A DNA stretch of 64,000 nt from an uncultured Arcobacter sp. (GCA_965140705.1 OZ223300.1:1440001-1504000), one strand, 5' to 3'. Numbered from the stretch's first letter, positions 53,390 through 63,442 are shown. Made by a program: numbers and translations. Notes: generated by a model not told the origin, from the letters alone.

Positions 53390-55525
53390 TTAGCCTATTT
53401 TAATGGGCATAGAGTGATATCTTTTTCCCGTAGCATCAAATAGTGCATTTGGTACTGCTGCTAAGATTGGAGGTACACCTGGTTCTCCTATACCACCTAT
53501 TTTTTCTCCTGAATTTATGATATTTACTTCTATTTCTGGTGCATCTGAAATTCTACTTACAACATAATCATAAAAGTTATTTTGTAATGCTTCACCATTA
53601 TTTATTGTTATTTTACTATATTTAAGTGCTGCAATACCAAAGTTAATAGAACCTGCTATTTGGTTTTTCACATTTTGTGGATTGAAAGCAAATCCACAAT
53701 CAACAGTTGCCCATACTTTTTCTACTTTGAAATCATTTTTTGTAACTCTCACCTTTGCAATTTGAGCACAGATTGTTCCAAAAGATTCGTGAATAGCAAC
53801 CCCATAACCAACATTTTTCTCTTTTTTTCTATTTTCCCAATTTGCTTTTTTAGCCACATCTTTTAGTATAGTTATAAATCTATGGTCTTTTAGCATATTT
53901 ATTCTATATTCAATAGGGTCAACACCAGCTGCAAATGCTGCTTCATCAACTATACCTTCAACTGTTGGCGCACTTTGTGTATGACCAACTGATCTCCACC
54001 ATAATACTGGTATTGGAGAATCCATTGTAAATGCTTGCATATCATGACTATTTATATCATAAGGATGATCTACTAATCCCTCTTTTTGTGCCCCATCTAC
54101 TCCATTTTTGAAACCAAATGATTCCAAAAATGAACCTTTAAAAATAGATTGTGAAGTTACTTTGGCATCAAAAGCTGTTATATCTCCATGTTTGTCTAAA
54201 GCAACTTTTACTTTGTTTTTATATTTTGGTCTATAGTTACCCATTTTGATATCATCTTCTCTTGTCCAAAGTGTCATAATTGGGAACTCCTCATCTTTTG
54301 AAACAAAAGCTCCATCTAAAATAAAGTCACTATTTATAACTCCTCTTCTTCCAAAAGCACCACCTAAATATGGAGTATGGTATGTGACATTTTCACCTTT
54401 TACGCCTAATACTTTTGTAATAGCTCCTAAAGCCAAAGTTTGTGATTGAGAAGATGACCAAACGGTTGCTTTATCTTTTTCATGGTGAATTACTATTCCT
54501 AAGGGTTCCATTGGAGCATGGGCTAAGAATGGGAAATTGTATTCAGCTTCAATTGTTTTATCTGCACTTGCAAAAGCTTTCTTAGAATCCCCATCTTTTC
54601 TCATTGAAGCACCATCTTTTTCCATTGCTTTTGAGTATTGTTCATTTAGCTGTTTTTCACTTGTGTTTTTGAACTCATCTTTATCCCAAACAACATCAAT
54701 ATCCAATAATGCTTCTTTTGCTATCCACCAATGCTCAGCTATAACTGCTATTCCTGAAGGGATTTGTTTTACTTTTATAACACCATCTTTTTTTAAAGCT
54801 TTACTTGCATCATAACTTTTAACCTTTGCTCCAAAAATAGTTGGGTGGTAAACCGCTGCATATTTCATATTTAGAACTCTTACATCTATACCAAATTCTG
54901 CTTTTCCTGTAACTTTTGCCCACATCTCTTTTGGATGTCTTGAGTGTGGTTTCCCTACAAATTTACAATCTTTTAACTCTTTTATTTTAGGATTAGTAGG
55001 AACTTTCATCGATGATAAATCATTTACTAAATCACCAAATTTAAAACTCTCTTTTGTCTTTTTATTAAATACTTTTGAGTCTTTTGTGTAAACATCATAA
55101 GATCTTACTTTCCATTTTTTAGCAGCTGCTTTAATTATCATCTCATTAACTGCTGCTCCTATTTTTCTCATCTCTAATTGTTTACTGTATACAGATGATG
55201 AACCACCTGTAATCATCAATGGTCCAAAAATACTGTTATATACAGGAGCTATTTTTGCAGGTACAATATTGATATCTTTCCAATCTACATTTAACTCTTC
55301 TGCTATACACATAGCTAATGTTGTATATGTACCTTGTCCCATCTCAACTTGTCCAACAATAAAGTTGATATTATTATCTGGTGTTATTTCAACGAAAGCA
55401 TTTGGTTCTAATGCTTTTTCATCTTTTTTAGTTTCACTAGCTCTTGATTTAGTTGGAATATAAAATCCAATAACATATGCTGCGCTTACAGCTGTAGTTG
55501 TTTTTAAAAAATCTCTTCTTTTCAT
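53390..55525 (-). CDS. iorB: Xanthine dehydrogenase family molybdopterin subunit (isoquinoline 1-oxidoreductase beta-like), Tat-exported
   Basis: MKRRDFLK Tat motif, EMGQG, TGGSSS, HAPMEP, LGGAFGRR, WWRSVG, GGIGEPG. Confidence 0.88.
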   Translation of the reverse strand: MKRRDFLKTTTAVSAAYVIGFYIPTKSRASETKKDEKALEPNAFVEITPDNNINFIVGQVEMGQGTYTTLAMCIAEELNVDWKDINIVPAKIAPVYNSIFGPLMITGGSSSVYSKQLEMRKIGAAVNEMIIKAAAKKWKVRSYDVYTKDSKVFNKKTKESFKFGDLVNDLSSMKVPTNPKIKELKDCKFVGKPHSRHPKEMWAKVTGKAEFGIDVRVLNMKYAAVYHPTIFGAKVKSYDASKALKKDGVIKVKQIPSGIAVIAEHWWIAKEALLDIDVVWDKDEFKNTSEKQLNEQYSKAMEKDGASMRKDGDSKKAFASADKTIEAEYNFPFLAHAPMEPLGIVIHHEKDKATVWSSSQSQTLALGAITKVLGVKGENVTYHTPYLGGAFGRRGVINSDFILDGAFVSKDEEFPIMTLWTREDDIKMGNYRPKYKNKVKVALDKHGDITAFDAKVTSQSIFKGSFLESFGFKNGVDGAQKEGLVDHPYDINSHDMQAFTMDSPIPVLWWRSVGHTQSAPTVEGIVDEAAFAAGVDPIEYRINMLKDHRFITILKDVAKKANWENRKKEKNVGYGVAIHESFGTICAQIAKVRVTKNDFKVEKVWATVDCGFAFNPQNVKNQIAGSINFGIAALKYSKITINNGEALQNNFYDYVVSRISDAPEIEVNIINSGEKIGGIGEPGVPPILAAVPNALFDATGKRYHSMPIKIG

Positions 55526-55526
55526 C

Positions 55527-55982
55527 TTACACCTCCGCTGTTGCAGCTTTTATAGCTGTTTTTATTTTGTTGTATGTACCACATCTACAGATATTACCAT
55601 CCATAGCTTTTATTATCTCTTCTTCACTTGGTTTTGGAGTTGTTTTTATTAGGCTTGCTGCATTCATGATTTGTCCCGATTGGCAATATCCACATTGTAC
55701 AACATCTTCTTGTACCCAAAATTTTTGTAGTTTTTGTACTGTTTTATCTGTTTGTGTCTCTATAGTAGTTATTTTTTTGTTTCCTATTGTATTAATAGGA
55801 GTTTGACAGGCTCGTACTGCTTTATCATCTAAAAGCACGGTACAGGCTCCACATTGTCCCACTCCACATCCAAACTTTGTACCTGTAAGATTTAAGTGAT
55901 CTCTTAACACCCAAAGTAATGGTGTTTCAGGATTTATATCTAAATTATAACTTTTTTCATCTACTGTAATTTTGAAAGACAT
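55527..55982 (-). CDS. iorA: (2Fe-2S)-binding subunit (isoquinoline 1-oxidoreductase alpha-like)
   Basis: PLLWVLRD, GTKFGCGVGQCGACTV, QCGYCQSGQIM, NICRCGTY. Confidence 0.92.
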   Translation of the reverse strand: MSFKITVDEKSYNLDINPETPLLWVLRDHLNLTGTKFGCGVGQCGACTVLLDDKAVRACQTPINTIGNKKITTIETQTDKTVQKLQKFWVQEDVVQCGYCQSGQIMNAASLIKTTPKPSEEEIIKAMDGNICRCGTYNKIKTAIKAATAEV

Positions 55983-56037
55983 CTTTTTTCCTTTTTTTTA
56001 ACTATAAAAGAAATTCTAATATAAAAATCTTAATTTT

Positions 56038-56064
56038 AAATAAACTATACAGTTTAGTTTATTT
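56038..56064. promoter_or_regulatory. Palindromic operator, probably for the adjacent TetR
   Basis: AAATAAACTA-N7-TAGTTTATTT with nested TAAACT-N4-AGTTTA, between divergent iorA and tetR. Confidence 0.65.
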
Positions 56065-56100
56065 TATATTTATTTATATAATTTTAGATACAATTTATTC

Positions 56101-56709
56101 ATGAAAAAAAATAGACCATTAAATGAAGAAAAAAGAAAAGCAATAATAAAAGCTGCCATAACTGAATTTTATGAAAAAGGATTTGAAGGCTCTAGCATGG
56201 ATACAATCTCTAAAGAAGCAAATGTATCTAAAGCTACTGTTTACAACCACTTTAAAAACAAAGAAGAGTTATTTATAGCTATTACTGAGATTTTAAAAGA
56301 TAGACTTTATGAAAGTTTCGAATACACTTATAAAAAAGATAAGCCAATAGAAGAGCAGTTATATGAAATAGGAAAACAAGAGTTAAACTTCTTAAACGAT
56401 GAAGAAAATATTACTTTAATAAAAATTGCAACAATTGTAATGATTCAAAAAAATCAAATTGGACTAAAAGTTTTAGATATAGTAAAAGACGATTGTATGT
56501 TAATGGTTGTCCAATGGTTTGAAGATGCTAAAAAAGATGGAAAATTAGATTTTGAAAGTAGTTCTTTTGTTTCAAGACAATTTATTGGAATGATAAAATC
56601 TTTTGTTTTATATCAACAATTTTATGGTGCTCCAATTCTACCAAAAGAAGAGCATGAAAACCTTTTAAAACAAGCAGTTAAGATGATAAAAGTGTTGTAC
56701 GAAAAATAA
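56101..56709 (+). CDS. TetR/AcrR family transcriptional regulator
   Basis: F.EKGFEGSSMDTISKEANVSKATVYNHFKNKEELF HTH. Confidence 0.95.
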   Translation: MKKNRPLNEEKRKAIIKAAITEFYEKGFEGSSMDTISKEANVSKATVYNHFKNKEELFIAITEILKDRLYESFEYTYKKDKPIEEQLYEIGKQELNFLNDEENITLIKIATIVMIQKNQIGLKVLDIVKDDCMLMVVQWFEDAKKDGKLDFESSSFVSRQFIGMIKSFVLYQQFYGAPILPKEEHENLLKQAVKMIKVLYEK

Positions 56710-56772
56710 ATATTTTATTTTGATTCAAACTCTAAAAACTGTAGTATAATTCGTTTTTTCAAAGGCGAACAC

Positions 56773-57426
56773 ATGGCATTTAGAAACTATGCCCCTATAT
56801 TTAAAGAGATAAGAAGTAGTAACTTCTTAAAAGTACAATCACTAACACTATTTTTAACAACTTACATTGATTGGACATTGATTCCATTTGTCACAAAATT
56901 AGAAGGAACTTATCTTCCTGTATTTATGATTAGTTTTTATATGCTTGTTGGTGCATTGGATGGTTTTATACAACCTTTATTTAAAAATATTAAGATATAT
57001 AATATTTATATGTTTGCTATAGTTTTGGATGTTATTCAAATATTTTCTTATCTTGTATTTTCTTCTTCAATTTTAACCTTTACATATGTGATTTTGACCA
57101 TATTTACTATTCAAGGGATTACCTTTGAAGTATCAAGAATTCATACTGTTGATTTTATGCAAGAAGAAAAAGTACATTTAAAAGATTATTTAATGATAAG
57201 GTCATTTATGATTTCATTAGCAATTGTCTTAGGAAGTGCTAGTGCTATGTTATTTGATTATTTTTCATCTGATTTAAAGATTTTATTATGGTATTTAACA
57301 ATATTAGGAATATTGGGAATTTTATTACAAATTAAACTATACAATAAGTTTAAAAAGAGAATTTATGGTGCAAAGATAAAGATAAAAAAAGATAAAAAAG
57401 AGTTATTTGAGAAATTTAGATTATAA
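56773..57426 (+). CDS. Hypothetical membrane protein, about 6 TM (half-MFS-like)
   Basis: Alternating hydrophobic segments and a basic C-tail; TATAAT at 56745-56750 upstream. Confidence 0.55.
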   Translation: MAFRNYAPIFKEIRSSNFLKVQSLTLFLTTYIDWTLIPFVTKLEGTYLPVFMISFYMLVGALDGFIQPLFKNIKIYNIYMFAIVLDVIQIFSYLVFSSSILTFTYVILTIFTIQGITFEVSRIHTVDFMQEEKVHLKDYLMIRSFMISLAIVLGSASAMLFDYFSSDLKILLWYLTILGILGILLQIKLYNKFKKRIYGAKIKIKKDKKELFEKFRL

Positions 57427-57478
57427 AGTAAAAAGAGGATTATGTTAATATACATTTATAAAAATTAATGGGGATATT

Positions 57479-58912
57479 GTGAAAATATTATTAAGTATCA
57501 TATTTGTATTTTGTATATTATCAAAGGGCGTTTTTGCAGAAGAGTTGAATATTATAGATAAAGATAATAATAGTTGGCTTCAAGTTTATAATAATCTACA
57601 AAAATCACAAGCTCTAGAAGAAAGTATCAGGCAATTAGAAAAAGATATAAGAAAAGCTAATCCACAAAAAAAAGCAGAATTAAAACAATTGTTAAGTCTT
57701 CAAGAGAGTAAAAAAGCAATTCTTGATGAATTACCAAAAAGTTTTAATAGTATGCTAGATAAAGTGACAATAAATACAAATGTTAAAGATATAAATCTAA
57801 TAGAATATCTTTTTGCAAGTAAAAAGATAAAATTTGCTGCTCAAACTCAAAAGTTAAACTTTTTAAAAAGTCAGTACGATGAAGCAGTAGAATATCTAGA
57901 AAATGAACTTAAACTTACTCTTTCACAAGATAATAAAAATCTTGAAAAAGAAGAACAATTACAAAAAGAAATAGCATATTTTGAGAATGCTAAAGGATTA
58001 TTAGAGGGTAAAGAAGAGGTTTTAAATCGGACAAAAGATTTATATTATAATTCTTTAAAAGAGTATGGAGAAACCCAATTTGTAACTCATCTTTTAAATT
58101 TATCAATTATAATTTTACTTTTTATAGTCTTTTATATTATAAAATATTTTATTATCAAAAAAATTGATAATGAAGAAAAACTATTTAAAGTGAAAAAAGT
58201 TTTAAATATCACTTTCTTTATAATAATCTTTTTAGTTGCAATTGCCTTTAATATTAATAATATAATTTATGCAGCAACTCTTATTGGTGTTATTGCAGCT
58301 GCAATGACTATTGCTATGAAAGAGTATTTACAAAGTATTGCTTCTTGGCTTCAATTGATACTTGGTAACCAGATTCAAATAGGTGATAGAATTTTAGTCA
58401 ATATTGATGGAAATCCTGTTATTGGTGAAGTCATTGAAATATCACTATTTAAAGTAAGTTTATATGAAAGTATAAATAATACTACTTCATCAAAAATAAA
58501 AATTGCTGGAAGAATAATCTTTATAGCAAACAATGTTTTTGTAAATAATTATGTTTATAACTATACCCATGACAAGATGAAAAATATTTATGACATGATA
58601 GAGTTAAGCATTCCTTTTGGTTCTGACACACATAAAGTAGAAAACATATCTTTTGAAGTTGCTTATGAAATGACTGAAAAATATATGGAAGTAGCCAATA
58701 AACAGTTTCAAAGTATGAAAAGGCGATATGATATGCGTTCAAGAGAGTTTAGACCAAGAATTCATCTTATACCTGATTCTAAAGAGCCATTTTTTACTCT
58801 TCGTATTTGGTATGTGGCACCTTATCATCAAATTATGGAATTAAAATCTCAAATAAGTCAAAAAGTAGTAAAGAGATTACTTGATGAAGGAATCTCTTTT
58901 TATTCTAAATAG
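57479..58912 (+). CDS. MscS family mechanosensitive channel with periplasmic coiled-coil N-terminus
   Basis: Signal peptide, helical domain, three TMs, IQIGDRI...GEVIEIS, AGRIIFIANN, YNYTH. Confidence 0.85.
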   Translation: MKILLSIIFVFCILSKGVFAEELNIIDKDNNSWLQVYNNLQKSQALEESIRQLEKDIRKANPQKKAELKQLLSLQESKKAILDELPKSFNSMLDKVTINTNVKDINLIEYLFASKKIKFAAQTQKLNFLKSQYDEAVEYLENELKLTLSQDNKNLEKEEQLQKEIAYFENAKGLLEGKEEVLNRTKDLYYNSLKEYGETQFVTHLLNLSIIILLFIVFYIIKYFIIKKIDNEEKLFKVKKVLNITFFIIIFLVAIAFNINNIIYAATLIGVIAAAMTIAMKEYLQSIASWLQLILGNQIQIGDRILVNIDGNPVIGEVIEISLFKVSLYESINNTTSSKIKIAGRIIFIANNVFVNNYVYNYTHDKMKNIYDMIELSIPFGSDTHKVENISFEVAYEMTEKYMEVANKQFQSMKRRYDMRSREFRPRIHLIPDSKEPFFTLRIWYVAPYHQIMELKSQISQKVVKRLLDEGISFYSK

Positions 58913-60146
58913 ATTTATTTAGTCTTTTGTAGTATTTATATGCACTTATGATGTTATAGCTTAAGATTAATGATGAAATTAAAAATAAAACTATTGCTAG
59001 ATAAATAAGTGATTTAAATAAAAGTGATAATAAAAACATAAAATAACTAATAATAAAAATATTGTATTGAAGTTTCATATATTTATTTTGAATCACTTGG
59101 GACATCTCTGCATCAAATATCATTTTTGAACTAAGATGAAACCATGTGAGAAATGGAATTATTTTATATAACATTCCATTTATTATAGAGTATGCAAAAC
59201 CAAGCCCAAAAATAATTGCAAGTATCAAATTTAAATCAAGTTTAGTCCAAATATTAATTATCCATAAGATAGCTGCAAAAGATAAGTTTGCCATTGAAAA
59301 ATACCAAAGTTCTATTGTAGTATCTCTTCTTGGTCTTTTTCTTCCTCTTAGCAAGTATATTGTCGTAAGTGAAAATGTAAGTGTTAATATAGCTAGTACT
59401 GTTTTAAGTACTAAGACAAATTTTGAGTCTGTAAATATAAATAGTGATAATAAAATTATGACTAATGAAACTATCCAATAAAAGTGGTTTTTTATAAATA
59501 ATGGATACTCTTTTGTAACATAAAACATAGGAACCACTTTGTATGAAACACCAGAGATGAGCATAATCAACCAACCAAAAAAGATAGTGCTAATATGTAT
59601 ATCTGCAAAGTTTTTAGAAGTAAAACCACTACCATGATTTATTAATGTTATTATTCCAAATATTACTCCTAAAAATAAAAAGCATAGTGCTAGTAAAAAT
59701 GTTTTAACTGTAGGATTTTTGTCTTGAGTTTTTAAAATAGTAAAAAAAGTATTTACTGCAAAAAATATAAGTGCAATCATTAAAAACAAAGCAGCTATAT
59801 GCATAAAGATTTTGTTATAAAGTAAAAAGCCCATAATAAAACAAATAGTTCCAACATTTAAAAAGAAAAGAACAAATAATGCTTGAAAATTCACTTTTTT
59901 ATATGCAACACCAATAATTACAGGAATCATTTGAAATAGTGAGCCAATCATCACATGGGTAAAGAAGCCTAAAGTAAATATATGAGTTATTGCAATAGCT
60001 TCATAATAGTATCTATTTTCAATACCACTTGCATAAATAAACATACAAAGACAAAAGCCCAACAAATAGAAACTAGCAATGATGTAATATATCATAGGTA
60101 TTTTATAAGGTGGAGCTTGATCTAGTGATAAACCTTGCATTTTCAT
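58905..60146 (-). CDS. Polytopic membrane protein, NnrS/heme-copper-oxidase-subunit-I-like repeat pattern
   Basis: About 12 TMs; repeated motifs THIFTLGF..GSLFQMIPV, IH....GW...GVSYKVVPMF, GMLYKIIPFLTWFH. Confidence 0.55.
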   Translation of the reverse strand: MKMQGLSLDQAPPYKIPMIYYIIASFYLLGFCLCMFIYASGIENRYYYEAIAITHIFTLGFFTHVMIGSLFQMIPVIIGVAYKKVNFQALFVLFFLNVGTICFIMGFLLYNKIFMHIAALFLMIALIFFAVNTFFTILKTQDKNPTVKTFLLALCFLFLGVIFGIITLINHGSGFTSKNFADIHISTIFFGWLIMLISGVSYKVVPMFYVTKEYPLFIKNHFYWIVSLVIILLSLFIFTDSKFVLVLKTVLAILTLTFSLTTIYLLRGRKRPRRDTTIELWYFSMANLSFAAILWIINIWTKLDLNLILAIIFGLGFAYSIINGMLYKIIPFLTWFHLSSKMIFDAEMSQVIQNKYMKLQYNIFIISYFMFLLSLLFKSLIYLAIVLFLISSLILSYNIISAYKYYKRLNKSI

Positions 60147-60376
60147 TTCTTGCCTTTGTAAATTTTCATCTCAAAATAGTTCTCTTCATCTTTTATAACT
60201 TTATATTCTAAACTATTTTTTTCTATTGCTTCAAAAAGCTTACAAGGAGACATTCTATGTATGAAAATAAGTGTTTCATCACTTTTTAGTTCTTGTATAG
60301 CCTCTAAAGCTTTTAAAAGAGGGTAAGGTGCTTCAAGCTCACTTACATCTAAGATAATAGTTTTATTTGAATTCAT
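60143..60376 (-). CDS. DUF2249/TusA-like small protein
   Basis: LDVSELEAPYP...AIQEL...HRMSPCKL. Confidence 0.75.
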   Translation of the reverse strand: MNSNKTIILDVSELEAPYPLLKALEAIQELKSDETLIFIHRMSPCKLFEAIEKNSLEYKVIKDEENYFEMKIYKGKK

Positions 60377-60806
60377 AAGATTGTAATTTCTCTACTATAG
60401 TGTCATTGTCATTATTGAAAATATTTTGCATCATTGTATATAACATCTGTTCTTCTTTAGAATTATGTTGTTGAATGAGTATCATTAATGATTCACTAAG
60501 ACCAAAAAATCTATCACTATCTTTATCTTTTATTGCTTCTTCTATTTTGGGAAATATACTTCTTGCTTGGTCATGCTCCATTTTCATAACTTTTGTTGGA
60601 CCACAACCACCATTTGAAGATTTTTCATCAAACATAGGAAATAAATAACTCTCTTCCATATCAAAATGTTTTAAAGTCTCATACTTAAACTCATCATTTA
60701 ACTTTAATACTTTGTCCCAATTTCCATTTTCTACTTCGTTTTCAAGTTGTGCTAGTAATTCATCACACTCTTTATGATTGTGTACCATATACTCTTTTAT
60801 TGTCAT
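60363..60806 (-). CDS. Hemerythrin-like domain protein
   Basis: HKECD, HFDMEESYLFP, EHDQ, HNSKEEQMLY di-iron motifs. Confidence 0.9.
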   Translation of the reverse strand: MTIKEYMVHNHKECDELLAQLENEVENGNWDKVLKLNDEFKYETLKHFDMEESYLFPMFDEKSSNGGCGPTKVMKMEHDQARSIFPKIEEAIKDKDSDRFFGLSESLMILIQQHNSKEEQMLYTMMQNIFNNDNDTIVEKLQSYEFK

Positions 60807-60840
60807 TTTTTTCTCCGATTAATTTTAATTTTTGTAATCT

Positions 60841-60878
60841 TTGCATAAAATCAAAGAAATTAAATTGATACCAATCAA
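60841..60878. promoter_or_regulatory. Tandem FNR/DNR/NssR-type boxes
   Basis: Perfect TTGAT-ACCA-ATCAA at 60865-60878 and degenerate TTGCA-TAAA-ATCAA at 60841-60854. Confidence 0.8.
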
Positions 60879-60892
60879 TACAAAGATAAACA

Positions 60893-61531
60893 ATGAATAT
60901 ACATGAATATTATTTCTTTGATTCATTAGATGAAAAAGAGAAAAAAGAGTTAGAAAAAATAAGTAGAAAAAAAAGTTATAAAAAAGATGAGATTCTTTTT
61001 TATAAAGGTGATGAAGCAAAATATTTGTATCTTTTAGTAAGTGGAATAGTAAAAGTTTATAAACATGATTATAAAGACAATGAAATAATAATTCATAATC
61101 TAAGAGCACCCACATTTATAGCAGAAATTGCAAATTATGAAGAGATACCTTATCCTGCAAATTGTTCTTTTGAAGTAGATTCAGAAGTTTATGTAATAGA
61201 GTATAATAAATTCAAAGAGAACTTTCTATATAAGCCAGAAATCTCAATGATGCTAATTAAATCACTCACAAAGAAAATAAAAGCTTTAGAAAACTTTATT
61301 AACTTAAACATAACAGCAGATAGTAATATAAAGATAACACAATTTTTATATGAAAATGAAGATATTCTCTCAAGTTTAAAACAAGTGAAAATTGCTTCTA
61401 TTTTAAATATAACTCCAGAGACTTTATCAAGAAAAATATCAAAACTAAAAAAAGATAAAATTCTTGAAAATGATAAAGGTTACATTAAAATATTAGATCA
61501 CAAAAAATTGAAAGAGTTGTTTCAATTTTAA
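60893..61531 (+). CDS. Crp/Fnr family regulator (DNR/NssR-like, no N-terminal Cys cluster)
   Basis: LFYKGD, SGIVKVY, FIAE..YPANC, recognition helix ITPETLSR. Confidence 0.9.
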   Translation: MNIHEYYFFDSLDEKEKKELEKISRKKSYKKDEILFYKGDEAKYLYLLVSGIVKVYKHDYKDNEIIIHNLRAPTFIAEIANYEEIPYPANCSFEVDSEVYVIEYNKFKENFLYKPEISMMLIKSLTKKIKALENFINLNITADSNIKITQFLYENEDILSSLKQVKIASILNITPETLSRKISKLKKDKILENDKGYIKILDHKKLKELFQF

Positions 61532-61537
61532 AGAAAT

Positions 61538-61759
61538 TTATTTATTAAATTCACTATAAGGATATTTTTGTACAGCTAAATAGAGTGTATTTATAATATT
61601 TGTTATATTAGATATTTGAGCACTATATCCTTTTATCTTTTCATTTATCTCTTCATGGGTTAAACTCTCTTTAAAAACTTCTTTTATTTCATTATTTTCA
61701 ATAGTTTCTTTGTATAAATCAAATTTTTTAGTATCTGAATTAAATTTTACTTTTATCAT
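61538..61759 (-). CDS. Small hypothetical protein (73 aa, MIKVKFNS...)
   Basis: AGGA RBS precedes the second ATG at 61759; occupies otherwise empty space. Confidence 0.5.
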   Translation of the reverse strand: MIKVKFNSDTKKFDLYKETIENNEIKEVFKESLTHEEINEKIKGYSAQISNITNIINTLYLAVQKYPYSEFNK

Positions 61760-61873
61760 TTCGTTTCCTAAAGTACACATTTAAAATAATAATTATTTTG
61801 TAAATTTTTATTTGATTAATAAACGATTTTTCGGTATTCTTATAAGTTATAATATAAATAAAAATACAGATAT

Positions 61874-61962
61874 AACATTATAATGTTGATAATATCACAA
61901 TATAATGTTTATTGTCAAGTAAAAAATACATTAATTTGTTGCATAGGAAACATAATATTGAT
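61874..61962. promoter_or_regulatory. Repeated 14-bp palindromic sites upstream of the XRE/CI-like gene
   Basis: AACATTATAATGTT (61874-61887, perfect palindrome), CACAATATAATGTT (61896-61909), AACATAATATTGAT (61949-61962). Confidence 0.45.
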
Positions 61963-62326
61963 TTATAAGAGAATTAAACATGTTAGAGAAGCTTTGAATT
62001 TCTCTTCACAAAAAGATTTTTCAGAAGCCTTGAGTATGCCAAGTAGAACTTATCAAAGTTACGAGCAAGCGAAAGTAAAAGATATACCTCATACCTTTCT
62101 TGAAAAGTTGAATTTAAGATATAACATTTCAATTGAATGGTTAATAACAGGAGAGGGAGAAATGTTTCTAAAAAAAAATAGAAATAATGAAGAAAAAGAT
62201 TATATAGAGTTAGTAAAACAGTATTTAGAGCTTTTGCCATACAAACAACAGGAATATTATTATCATAAAATAAAATCAGATGTTTTGGAAATTGAAATAA
62301 AAGAAAATACTAATATAAATACATAA
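61958..62326 (+). CDS. XRE/phage CI-like HTH regulator (probable TTG start at 61958)
   Basis: RIKHVRE...SQKDFSEAL...TYQSYE...ISIEWLITGEGEMF; AGGA at 61945-61948. Confidence 0.8.
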   Translation: MIYKRIKHVREALNFSSQKDFSEALSMPSRTYQSYEQAKVKDIPHTFLEKLNLRYNISIEWLITGEGEMFLKKNRNNEEKDYIELVKQYLELLPYKQQEYYYHKIKSDVLEIEIKENTNINT

Positions 62327-62407
62327 GAAGCTTGTAATAAAAACATTATCTTTTCTTAAATCTTTTTAGATATAATCTATCCACTTTATAAAGCTGGAAA
62401 TTAATAA

Positions 62408-63442
62408 ATGATTGTAAATATAAAACTACCAAATAATATTTCATATGACATAACAATTGATGAATTAAAAGAGTTAACTTTTGATAGAAAAGTTGTAGTT
62501 GTAACAAACCCAACTGTTAGTGGATACCATTTAGAATATTTAAAAAACAAAATAAAATGTGATAATTTAAGTATAGTGACTATACCCGATGGTGAAGAGT
62601 ATAAAAATATGGAAACCATTGATATGATTTTAAATCATTGTTTTGAAAATAGACTAAATCGAAAATCCTTGCTAATTGCATTTGGTGGGGGTGTAATTGG
62701 GGATATGACTGGATTTTGTGCAGCAATTTACCAAAGAGGTATTGATTTTATACAAGTACCCACAACATTATTATCACAAGTTGATGCGAGTGTTGGAGGT
62801 AAAACTGGCGTAAATAATAAATTTGGAAAAAATTTAATTGGAGCTTTTCACCAACCAAAAGCTGTCTATATTGATCCATACTTTTTGACTACGTTACCCC
62901 CAAGAGAATTCTCAGCTGGAATTGCAGAAATAGTAAAAATGGCAGTAACTTTCAATAAAGAATTTTTTGAATGGATTGAGCAAAATGATTTAACAAATGT
63001 TGAAAATATAAAAGTAGCCATCAAAAAATCTGTTGAAACAAAAGCTTGGGTTGTATCTCAAGATGAAAAAGAAAATGGAATAAGGGCTGCTTTAAATTAT
63101 GGACATACCTTTGGACATGTAGTCGAAAATGAGACAAATTATTCAAAATATTTACATGGTGAAGCTGTAGGTATTGGTATGATTATGGCAAATGAAGTTG
63201 CTAAAAGAATTGGACTTATGAGTCAAGAAGATACGATAAGAGTAAAAAATGTTTTAGAAAAATATGATATTCCAACAACTTATAAAATTTCTGATGTGGA
63301 AGATTTTTATGAGCATTTCTTCTTAGACAAAAAAAGTCTTGATGATAAAATAAAATTTATCCTGCCTGTTGGTATTGGTGATTGTAAAATTACTGATGAA
63401 GTATCCAAAACTGATGTTATTGAAGTTTTAAAAGGATTTTAA
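62408..63442 (+). CDS. aroB: 3-dehydroquinate synthase
   Basis: PDGEEYK, GGGVIGDMTGF, QVPTTLLSQVDASVGGKTG, LNYGHTFGH, HGEAV; TATAAT at 62371-62376. Confidence 0.98.
   Translation: MIVNIKLPNNISYDITIDELKELTFDRKVVVVTNPTVSGYHLEYLKNKIKCDNLSIVTIPDGEEYKNMETIDMILNHCFENRLNRKSLLIAFGGGVIGDMTGFCAAIYQRGIDFIQVPTTLLSQVDASVGGKTGVNNKFGKNLIGAFHQPKAVYIDPYFLTTLPPREFSAGIAEIVKMAVTFNKEFFEWIEQNDLTNVENIKVAIKKSVETKAWVVSQDEKENGIRAALNYGHTFGHVVENETNYSKYLHGEAVGIGMIMANEVAKRIGLMSQEDTIRVKNVLEKYDIPTTYKISDVEDFYEHFFLDKKSLDDKIKFILPVGIGDCKITDEVSKTDVIEVLKGF

Noticed and set aside
61538..62326. Intact prophage or mobile element
   Set aside because: No integrase, structural genes, att repeats or transposase in the window
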